Shown here: positions 8,396-16,257 of the stretch, piece by piece
Layout: each line of letters opens with the position of its first letter
Position numbering within the stretch: the first letter of the stretch is position 1
Virus record (IMG/VR): IMGVR_UViG_3300037484_000445
Location: 96,001 to 160,000 of that record
Source: a virus
Lineage: Duplodnaviria > Heunggongvirae > Uroviricota > Caudoviricetes
Reading direction: 5' to 3' (one strand)
DNA: 64,000 bases
Translations under genes and position numbers: made by a program
Notes under the pieces: generated by a model
What the model saw: the letters and a program-made list of their open reading frames with translations, nothing else
What the model was told of the DNA's origin: nothing
The model's database searches: none

Positions 8396-9784
8396 ATGTC
8401 CTCAGCCAAGCCCAAAAAGGCGACCAAGTCTCGACGTCGTGAGACTGACTTGGAACGCCTTTTCAGGCCATTGTTGGAGGGTGTTAGCCACAAGTTTCGA
8501 ACTAAGGCCACAGTACGTGGCCATTCAGTGGACTTTTTGTTTCAGGGTATCAAGCTTGCCGTTCAGATCTACGATGACTGTTGGCACGCCAATCCGGAAG
8601 TCTATGGTCCTGGGAAGATCCCTGTTACCAAGATTCAGCGAGATATACGTCAAAAAGACGTGAAAATCGACGATGCCTTACAGAAGGCCGGTTATCGAGT
8701 CGAGCACTTTTGGGAGCTGGACTTGAGGACTCGTTTATCTGACTGCAAGTGTAGAATCGACCAGATCATAGGAGAATGTAAAATGGAAAACCAGAAGTTT
8801 GGGGTAGGTCTCGATATAGGTACGATGAACATCGTTTCGGCGAGGAAGCCCACGGGAACGCCGTCCTTCAATAACATTCGAGACGCCTTTTTGGACTTAG
8901 AACTCGATGCTAAGAGAAGCTTGAAGCTCTCTGACGTGAACTATGTCGAGCGTAATGGTTCTCTGGTCGTTGTAGGCGATGAGGCTCTTACGATGGCCAA
9001 CTTGTTCAAGCGAGAGGCTAGACGCCCCTTGTCCAAGGGTGTCGTTTCTTCGGGTGAGGTCGACGCCCAAGAAATTCTGAGCATTCTGATTCAGACAGCT
9101 CTAGGTAAGCCCTCTGTTGCAGGGGAGCACTGCTTCTTCAGCGTTCCTGCATCACCGTTAGATGACCCCACACAGGATGTGATTTATCACACAGAGGTGT
9201 TTCGCTCGATCATCGCTTCATTGGGATACACCCCACATCCGACGAATGAAGCCATGGCTATCATCTTCAGTGAATGCGAGAATGTCAAGTTTTCTGGGCT
9301 TAGCATCAGTTTTGGTTCGGGTATGGCCAATGTGGCGCTGGCCTACCAAGCCATGGAAGCCATGTCCTTCAGCTTGGCACGTGGCGGCGACTTCGTAGAC
9401 CAGCAGTCGGCTAAAGCTGTGGGTAAGACAGCTAGTCAGATGTGCTCGATCAAGGAACGAGGCGTGAACCTAGCGGCACCCGAAGGACGAGACCAACAAG
9501 CTATTGCCTTGTATCTCAAGTCTCTGATTAGCTACACACTTCAGAAAATCAGTGCCCAGTTTAGGGTGATGAAAAACTCCATTGATCTGCCTGAAGCCAT
9601 CCCCTTCATCATCTCGGGTGGCACGTCCAAAGCCGGAGGCTTTATGGATGTCTTCCAGGGGGAATTTGACAAGATTCGAAGTAGCTTTCCGATCAAGATC
9701 AGTGAGGTCCGTCAAGCTAAGGAACCACTTAGAGCAGTGGCTAATGGGCTCTTGGTCTTGGCTTTGGAGGAGCACGAAGGCTAA
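8396..9784 (+). CDS. Vsr/DUF559-like nuclease domain fused in frame to an actin-like (MreB/ParM superfamily) ATPase; probable internal start at 8783
   Basis: N-part: VDFLF...KLAVQIYDDCWH...KD..IDDALQKAGYRVEHFWE (Vsr/DUF559 pattern). C-part: GLDIGTMN (phosphate 1), NEAMAII, SFGSGMAN (phosphate 2), IISGGTS (adenosine), AVANG. AGGAG at 8770-8774 lies 8 nt before in-frame ATG 8783. Confidence 0.8.
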   Translation: MSSAKPKKATKSRRRETDLERLFRPLLEGVSHKFRTKATVRGHSVDFLFQGIKLAVQIYDDCWHANPEVYGPGKIPVTKIQRDIRQKDVKIDDALQKAGYRVEHFWELDLRTRLSDCKCRIDQIIGECKMENQKFGVGLDIGTMNIVSARKPTGTPSFNNIRDAFLDLELDAKRSLKLSDVNYVERNGSLVVVGDEALTMANLFKREARRPLSKGVVSSGEVDAQEILSILIQTALGKPSVAGEHCFFSVPASPLDDPTQDVIYHTEVFRSIIASLGYTPHPTNEAMAIIFSECENVKFSGLSISFGSGMANVALAYQAMEAMSFSLARGGDFVDQQSAKAVGKTASQMCSIKERGVNLAAPEGRDQQAIALYLKSLISYTLQKISAQFRVMKNSIDLPEAIPFIISGGTSKAGGFMDVFQGEFDKIRSSFPIKISEVRQAKEPLRAVANGLLVLALEEHEG

Positions 9785-10957
9785 GTGTACTACTACCTCG
9801 TCCAGGCCCTAAAACGTCGGCTCATCCTTGAGTTGAAGGATAGCTTTGGTAAACACCCGATTTACCAGAAGATAACGCCTTTCATTCAAAACCGCTTCTC
9901 GTTTGAAGAGCGGCCTCAGTATGGCATCGTCGTCAAAGGGTCAAGCACCAGTAAGGTGGTACTTTCGGGGGACAACTTCGTAGGCAATCTTCAAAGCCAT
10001 GTGATGTTGGCTTATGTCGGTCAAGAGGTGAACCCTATTGAATGGGTACGTGAAGATCTTAAGGCTATAACCAAGAACAAGGGTATGCCTACTCTGCCGG
10101 GAGTCTACTACATTGAGATCTTGACGGCCCCAACGCTTCCTGGTGAGTCTGGTTATTTCATGGTTGACCCTCTACTCACGGTGAATGATGAGCCCGTTCT
10201 CATGTTTCAATCCGGTGTTGAACGTGAGGCTCAGCTACAACGGGCCCCGACGCCCAATACCCTAAGGCTATACGAAAATAGAAACTACCTTCTTCGTGAA
10301 GGTGTTGACTACACGGTAGATTATGGAACGGGTGCTATTTCCCTAATCACGACGTTCGGTGTTGGATCTACCTTGTCTGCTGACTATCGCTATCCTGGTG
10401 AATCCGTAGGACCTATAGAGTTTTTGTGGAACACAGCGGATCTGACTACTTTGCCAGGGGTTGTCATGGCTTTCGGTAAGAGAGCCGCCGATGGGCAAAA
10501 GGTAGCTGTGGTGGTTTATGGGGACCGTGTTGACGCAGCCCTTGTTTATGGCGGTAAGAACGAAGTGTCCTTCGACATGGACGTGATATCTCGAGATCCT
10601 ACACAGATGGAGGAGATCTCGGACTTAGTTCAGATGTACCTCTTGAAGCGAAAGTCGCTTTTGGAGTTCGAAGGTATTGAACTGCTCGATGTCTCAATGG
10701 GTGGTGAAGGTGAAGAACTCGCGGATGAGACCGGAGAAAACTTCTTCTACCAGGCTTCTATGTCCGTTCAACTTCGAGCGGATTGGGAATTCCACGTACC
10801 TTTGCCTCTGACGATAAGTAAAGCCACACCAGTTAGACCCCAAGGGGAGCTTGATCCAAATTCACAGTCGGGGATCATACAGGTTGCGGGAGACCTGTTC
10901 TTCCTGACCCATGATGCCGTCGAAAAACGTAGTGATGACTACGAGAGGATCGGCTAA
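9785..10957 (+). CDS. putative tail terminator / tail completion protein
   Basis: GTG start abutting the upstream stop. The P-x-x-x-I-VV...SFDMDVISRD..QMEEISDLV...YQASMSV pattern fits tail terminator folds. Carries an inserted GVDYTVDY.TG.I beta-domain and lies upstream of the sheath. Confidence 0.55.
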   Translation: MYYYLVQALKRRLILELKDSFGKHPIYQKITPFIQNRFSFEERPQYGIVVKGSSTSKVVLSGDNFVGNLQSHVMLAYVGQEVNPIEWVREDLKAITKNKGMPTLPGVYYIEILTAPTLPGESGYFMVDPLLTVNDEPVLMFQSGVEREAQLQRAPTPNTLRLYENRNYLLREGVDYTVDYGTGAISLITTFGVGSTLSADYRYPGESVGPIEFLWNTADLTTLPGVVMAFGKRAADGQKVAVVVYGDRVDAALVYGGKNEVSFDMDVISRDPTQMEEISDLVQMYLLKRKSLLEFEGIELLDVSMGGEGEELADETGENFFYQASMSVQLRADWEFHVPLPLTISKATPVRPQGELDPNSQSGIIQVAGDLFFLTHDAVEKRSDDYERIG

Positions 10958-11374
10958 ATGCCTAAATTTACATTCGAGTGCAAATGTGGCCTAAATTTCT
11001 CACGCACCTTGAAGATGGGGGATCACAAGACGTTTGAGTGTCCTTCTTGCCATGAGGAAGCCCCTCGAGTGTGGGAGAGCTTTGGATTTAGCTTCGCCCC
11101 CGGGGGTTCGGCGCCAGCTAACAGTGGGGTATCTAAGCACGATTACCCTAGTGCTGACCAAATTGTAGGGTCTGATGCCGACAAACGTTGGCAGATCTAT
11201 CAAGAACGAGAAAAAGTGAAGGGTACTGTCCGAAAAGTGGGGGGTAATAGGGCTTTGGTGCGAAAAAACGGCAAGGACTTCATCGAATACTCAGCTGGCA
11301 GCCAAAAGACCATTGAGACCCGTAAGGGCCTAGCGACCGAGCTGTCGAACATTCTGAAGCGTCCCCCTGCTTAA
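10958..11374 (+). CDS. FmdB-like zinc-ribbon protein
   Basis: MPKFTFECKCG..F...ECPSCHEEAPRV matches the MP-x-Y/F-x-Y/F-x-C...CP-x-C FmdB zinc-ribbon pattern. Confidence 0.75.
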   Translation: MPKFTFECKCGLNFSRTLKMGDHKTFECPSCHEEAPRVWESFGFSFAPGGSAPANSGVSKHDYPSADQIVGSDADKRWQIYQEREKVKGTVRKVGGNRALVRKNGKDFIEYSAGSQKTIETRKGLATELSNILKRPPA

Positions 11375-11381
11375 CACCCAA

Positions 11382-11411
11382 TAATTCCTTGTTGGGCACA
11401 GTCCTTGTGAG
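11382..11411 (+). promoter_or_regulatory. bipartite upstream motif (candidate late promoter for the sheath gene)
   Basis: TAATTCCTTGTT-N13-GTGAG, with the same spacing as the 4775 copy, 110 nt upstream of the sheath ATG. Confidence 0.55.
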
Positions 11412-11521
11412 ACCTGGGTTTCTACCCGGGCCAGATGCAGACCAAGATCAGATCCAAAGAGCCCTCGATATAGACCCAAATCGACAACGCCGGTTTATTG
11501 CCGGCACACAAGGAGTTCAGG

Positions 11522-14500
11522 ATGGCCGCAGGTCTTGGTCCGTTTACTACGTATGTACCCCCTGGTGTTTACACTCGGACTCTTTCCGAGGCCAATGCTG
11601 CCAACCTGGTAGCAGGGCTTAGAATCCCTGTCGTAATTGGTGTCGGTCAAGAAGAGCTAGAACAGGATGACCTTGAGTTAGTCCGCGGTTCCAGTGCCAA
11701 CCTCGACCAACAGATCGTCAATGAAGACGTCTCGGCTCGATTCGTTGTCGACTTCACCAACCCGAACAACCCTATCCTCGGCGCGGCCAATGGAACCGTA
11801 ACTCGTTTCCGGGTAAGAAACTTCCCGATCGTTGACGGCCAGGGATTCGGCCGTGTGACCAATAACGTTCGAAGCGTTTCGGTCACCATCAACGGCAGTC
11901 CAGTGGCTGTTGGTGCGGTTCAAGGCCAGGGCGGTTACGTCATTCTTCAGGTGCCCCCGCAAACGGGCGACAACGTTCGTGTCACCTACTACTTCCACCG
12001 CTCGGACACCGCTTTTACGGACGATGTTTCGGAGCAAGTAACCGCATCTCAGGCTGAATTGATCACTCCTGGGTATGCCCCATTCGTTGTTACGACGGGT
12101 GTGACGGATACCTTTACTCTGAACATCGACGGTACCGACACAACTCTTTCCTTCGCCGCGGGTAGCTACACGGCTTCAGGCCTCAAAACCCTCATCGACT
12201 CCAATCTGATCACTGGCTTGGCGACGGCAGTTTTCACGGACAACCAGGGCCTCGACCATATCAAGTTCATCTCGGCTCGTAGCTTGACGATTGGTACAGG
12301 CAACGCCAACGGCGCTCTAGGTTTTGCCGCTGGGACAACGACCACTCGTAATGCTAGTTTCCGTGTTTTTCAGCGTCCTATTGTGGACGGTACGGACGGT
12401 GGTATCACCACCACGGATACGACCAAGGTCGTGGTTACGGTCAACAGTGTTCAGGTGGTTGCCTCGTCTGTGGACGGTACCAACGGCATTGTCACCCTTC
12501 CCTACGCCCCGGCGGCGGGATCCACGGTCAGGATTCAGTACTTTGCCAACACCTGGCAAGACACGTTTGACTACCTGCCGAATACGCTGGTAACCAACGT
12601 CATTCGTTGTGGTTTTGCCACGGGACGTAGTGACTTCATTCAGGGTCAAGACTTCGTGGTTTCCAACCCAAGTCCGGATGTGTCGATCCTGCATTGGGGT
12701 GCCAGCTACGTAGCCGCCTCTGCACAGAGAACTGCTGGGGCAACGCTCTTCAATGACACTCAGATTCTTCCGACTCTCGTGGACAACAAGATGTTCATGG
12801 CGGCGGCGGATCGTGTCATTGACACGACGGTAGTTCCAGCATTGGTTTCTACCAACAAGTTCACGCTGCCTGAGGTCCCAACGACTGGTAACGGTCGAGA
12901 CACGCCCCTAGGTTCGGCGTTGTATAGCGAGGTAACCAACGGTCGTATTGGTCTCAACACCAACCGACCCGACCTGGTTTCGGTCTACACGGGTCGCAAT
13001 ATCTTGGATGCCCTTGGTAGGGCTCCTGCTGTCGTGACCGAGGTTGATGGTGCCACTCGGCAGATCACCCTCAAGAACGAGGTTCCTCCGGATCACCAAG
13101 CGTTCTGCACGTTCTACTACAACCGTCTGCAGGATGACACCTTCATCCTAACCAACCTTGTCTCGGGTCCTATCGGTACGGGTCAGTTCGAAGTCCTTAG
13201 TACGCTCACGGGCACGAATGTTCTCCAAGTTCGTTTTGGCACCAAGACGGGACTTCCAGAAACGATTCAGTGGCCGCGTGGGGTAGAGACGGTACCGGAT
13301 GCCTTCCACACAGGTGCTGGCACGCCAGTATCGGAGACGGTTACGGTTACTTTCGGACAGACCACGGCTCAAAACGCTGTGTTCACGAACGAGGGCGCCG
13401 CTCCGTACTCTTTCTACCAGACGACTTCGGATCAGTGGGGAACGACGGTCAACGGCAACCCTTATGTGACCAACCTGTTTAGCCCTGCTAACGGTTATTT
13501 GGTCTCGTCTCGGGTTGAGGTAGACGGCTCCAACCAAATCACAATCCCCGTTGCACCGAACAACGTCCTTTCGGTGGCTTTCGGTGGTGCAACTTCCGCT
13601 ACTGGTACGATCACGGTCGTAGCTGGATCGGCTCTTGTGGACACCGAAACCTTCACCCTAAATGACGGTGTGAATCCGGCAACGATCTTCGAGTTTGATA
13701 GTGGTGGTGGCGTAACGCCTGGTCACGTCGCGGTGGCTTACACAGCCTTGGACACCATAGCTACCGTTCGAACCTCTGTGATTGCAGCCATCAATGGTGT
13801 GCTTGGAACACTGCTCATTACAGCGGCTCCTTCGGCAACACCTGGTGTCATCAACCTGATCAATGATGGCGTGGGTGCCGCTGGCAACCAAGCTATCACC
13901 GAGACAGTCGCTGATGTTGGCTTCATCGTCACGGGTATGGCAGGTGGCGTTGGAACGCAGTCCAACATATCCATCACAGCCGGTGCTCGCACACCGGCTC
14001 AAATTGTGTCGGACATCAATACGGCTTTGGGCTCGCCCTTGGCTTCGTTCCGTCAGATCGGTGGTATCAACGGTCCGGTGTTCTTCCTCATTCAGACCAA
14101 CACCATTCCAGCGGTTCTGCCTGGTGGTTTTGATCACGCCTCAACGGTTTCAATCCGTCAAGGTACGGTCGAAAATGTCCTTGGTTTTAGTACGTTCCAG
14201 TCGGCTACGGGTACGCCAACGGCTACCAACAAGCCAGCTACGATCCTTGGAACTTTGGCAGGTCCGTTCATTATCACGACGGGTGTCAACGACCAGTTGA
14301 ACATTCGCCTAAATGGCATCGACTATACGGTAACCTTGCCGGCGGGTGTGGCAGTTACGGCAGCAGCTGTTGCTGCGGCTATCAATCTGGTGCCTGGTCT
14401 GGCGGGTGTGTCCTCGGTAGGTACGTTGGCGAACTTGAACAAGGTTCGCCTTACGAGTGGCCTTACGAACCCAAGCTCAAGCATCCGGATCTTGGCTGGT

Positions 14501-16144
14501 TCGGCTAACATTGTTCTCGGTTTCACCGAGGGAACCATAGCTAGCCAGACTTTGGTCGGTGCCCAGGAAGTTACCAACGCCATCAACGCTACAGCAGGCT
14601 TCGCCACCGATGGTGTTGCCTATGTTAGTGCCATCGAAGGCCAACAGTACGTCACGATCGAGTCTCTTACGACAGGGGCTGCTACCTCGACCGTAGCCTT
14701 TGCTACGGGCGTAGGAAGTGCCTTCAACACGACCACAGGAACCAAGATAGTTCCTGGAACCAGTGGTGATAATGGCGAAGACATCGAGGACAACTACACG
14801 GTAACCTCTTCGCTGTCTCCGGTTCTGCATACCCAGGGATCTTACGGAATTGGCTACCCGGGACAAACCTACACGGATGTAAGGACAGGACTCCGGTTCA
14901 CGATCCTCGTATCCAATGTGGGTGGCTACACGAATGGTGGATCGTTCACCATGGAAGTCAGCCCGACTTGGAAGGTCAACCCCGCGGTTCCTTACATGTC
15001 GATCCCGGGTCTCGAGACAATCGTTACGGACACGGTGGGCGTCGGCGTAAACGACACTGCGACCCTCCAGACGTTCGATCCCGGTGGTCTCGAACCAGCG
15101 ATTGGAGACTTCTACTACGTCTCTTACCGCTACATGAAGCAGGACTTCTCAACACGTCTGTTCCAGACGTTCAAGACGATCGAGGCAGAGTTTGGTCCAA
15201 TCTCGGCCGAAAATCGGGTAACCCTGGGCGCCTCTTTGATGATCCAAAACGGGGCGGTCCTCGTGGGCATCAAGCAGGTTCTCAAGGTCACCAACACTAA
15301 CCAGGCTTCGGACGCATCGTTCATCCAGGCTATCAATGACCTGGCAACACCGCTTCCGGGAAACATCAAGCCCAATGTCTTGGTCCCCCTTACGACCAGC
15401 ACCACCGTCTACTCGGCTCTTATGCAGCACTGTGCTGTTCAGTCGGGGATCCGGAACCAGGCTGAGCGTATGGGCTTCATCGGGTTTGCCTCGGGGACTT
15501 CTCCGACTTCAGCTCAAACGGTTGCCAAGGCTCTCCTGTCGAACCGCATCATCGCTGTCTACCCAGATTCCGCTGTGATTACAATCACAAACGAGCTTGG
15601 GGAAAACTACGAAACCCTGGTCGATGGCACCTTCTTGGCAGCGGCCTTGGCGGGTTCGGCCGTAAGTCCTGCGGTCGATGTGGCAACACCTTACACTCGT
15701 CGTCGCATTCTGGGCTTCACGCGATTGCCTCGTATTCTTGACCCTGTTGAGGCCAATCAAACGGCCACGTCGGGCATCACGGTCTTCGAGGACCTCAGCA
15801 CCACGATCCGCGTTCGTCACGGCCTAACCACGGACATGACCAATGTGCTGACCCGTCTGCCAACGGTCACGCAGATTGCAGATTATGTGCAGCAACAGAG
15901 CCGTTCGACCCTCGATTCCTTCGTCGGTACGAAGTTCTTGGCGAGCCGCACGAATGAGGTGGAAGTCTCGATGACCTCCTTGTTCAAGCAGCTCATCCAG
16001 GCTGAGATCGTTGGAGCCTTTGCGGGTATTACGGCAGCAGTTGACCCCGATGACCCAACGGTACTCAGGTTTGAGGCTTTCTATCAGCCGATCTTCCCGC
16101 TGTTGTACCTCTACCTGACCTTCAACCTACGTAGCAAGCTGTAG
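11522..16144 (+). CDS. contractile tail sheath protein, very large (about 1540 aa) with many inserted beta-domains
   Basis: SD AGGAG at 11511-11515 then ATG 11522. N-terminal YVPPGVYTRT. C-terminal sheath core (HC...ERMGFIG, RIIAVYP, IRVRHGLTT, IADYV, YQPIFPLLYLYLTF). Confidence 0.92.
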   Translation: MAAGLGPFTTYVPPGVYTRTLSEANAANLVAGLRIPVVIGVGQEELEQDDLELVRGSSANLDQQIVNEDVSARFVVDFTNPNNPILGAANGTVTRFRVRNFPIVDGQGFGRVTNNVRSVSVTINGSPVAVGAVQGQGGYVILQVPPQTGDNVRVTYYFHRSDTAFTDDVSEQVTASQAELITPGYAPFVVTTGVTDTFTLNIDGTDTTLSFAAGSYTASGLKTLIDSNLITGLATAVFTDNQGLDHIKFISARSLTIGTGNANGALGFAAGTTTTRNASFRVFQRPIVDGTDGGITTTDTTKVVVTVNSVQVVASSVDGTNGIVTLPYAPAAGSTVRIQYFANTWQDTFDYLPNTLVTNVIRCGFATGRSDFIQGQDFVVSNPSPDVSILHWGASYVAASAQRTAGATLFNDTQILPTLVDNKMFMAAADRVIDTTVVPALVSTNKFTLPEVPTTGNGRDTPLGSALYSEVTNGRIGLNTNRPDLVSVYTGRNILDALGRAPAVVTEVDGATRQITLKNEVPPDHQAFCTFYYNRLQDDTFILTNLVSGPIGTGQFEVLSTLTGTNVLQVRFGTKTGLPETIQWPRGVETVPDAFHTGAGTPVSETVTVTFGQTTAQNAVFTNEGAAPYSFYQTTSDQWGTTVNGNPYVTNLFSPANGYLVSSRVEVDGSNQITIPVAPNNVLSVAFGGATSATGTITVVAGSALVDTETFTLNDGVNPATIFEFDSGGGVTPGHVAVAYTALDTIATVRTSVIAAINGVLGTLLITAAPSATPGVINLINDGVGAAGNQAITETVADVGFIVTGMAGGVGTQSNISITAGARTPAQIVSDINTALGSPLASFRQIGGINGPVFFLIQTNTIPAVLPGGFDHASTVSIRQGTVENVLGFSTFQSATGTPTATNKPATILGTLAGPFIITTGVNDQLNIRLNGIDYTVTLPAGVAVTAAAVAAAINLVPGLAGVSSVGTLANLNKVRLTSGLTNPSSSIRILAGSANIVLGFTEGTIASQTLVGAQEVTNAINATAGFATDGVAYVSAIEGQQYVTIESLTTGAATSTVAFATGVGSAFNTTTGTKIVPGTSGDNGEDIEDNYTVTSSLSPVLHTQGSYGIGYPGQTYTDVRTGLRFTILVSNVGGYTNGGSFTMEVSPTWKVNPAVPYMSIPGLETIVTDTVGVGVNDTATLQTFDPGGLEPAIGDFYYVSYRYMKQDFSTRLFQTFKTIEAEFGPISAENRVTLGASLMIQNGAVLVGIKQVLKVTNTNQASDASFIQAINDLATPLPGNIKPNVLVPLTTSTTVYSALMQHCAVQSGIRNQAERMGFIGFASGTSPTSAQTVAKALLSNRIIAVYPDSAVITITNELGENYETLVDGTFLAAALAGSAVSPAVDVATPYTRRRILGFTRLPRILDPVEANQTATSGITVFEDLSTTIRVRHGLTTDMTNVLTRLPTVTQIADYVQQQSRSTLDSFVGTKFLASRTNEVEVSMTSLFKQLIQAEIVGAFAGITAAVDPDDPTVLRFEAFYQPIFPLLYLYLTFNLRSKL

Positions 16145-16162
16145 AAGCTCAAGGTTTGAGTC

Positions 16163-16205
16163 CTAAAGGGTGCTCCTGGAAACAAGAGCGCCCTTTAGCA
16201 TTTAA
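16163..16205 (+). terminator. rho-independent terminator-like hairpin after the sheath gene
   Basis: CTAAAGGGTGCTC (16163-16175) / GAGCGCCCTTTAG (16186-16198) form a 13-bp stem with one G-U pair and a GAAA loop, followed by CATTTAA. Confidence 0.65.
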
Positions 16206-16215
16206 CCTCCTCTAA

Positions 16216-16246
16216 CTTTCTACTTATCTAGCCCTTTTGGTGTAAG
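16216..16246 (+). promoter_or_regulatory. bipartite upstream motif (candidate late promoter for the helicase)
   Basis: CTTTCTACTTAT-N14-GTAAG between the terminator and ATG 16258. Confidence 0.4.
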
Positions 16247-16257
16247 GGACCCTCCTG

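Noticed and set aside
11389-11622. 77-aa ORF over the sheath leader, and the track's sheath start at 11498
   Set aside because: The ORF overlaps the sheath start out of frame and covers the promoter-like motif and hairpins. The SD at 11511-11515 supports ATG 11522.
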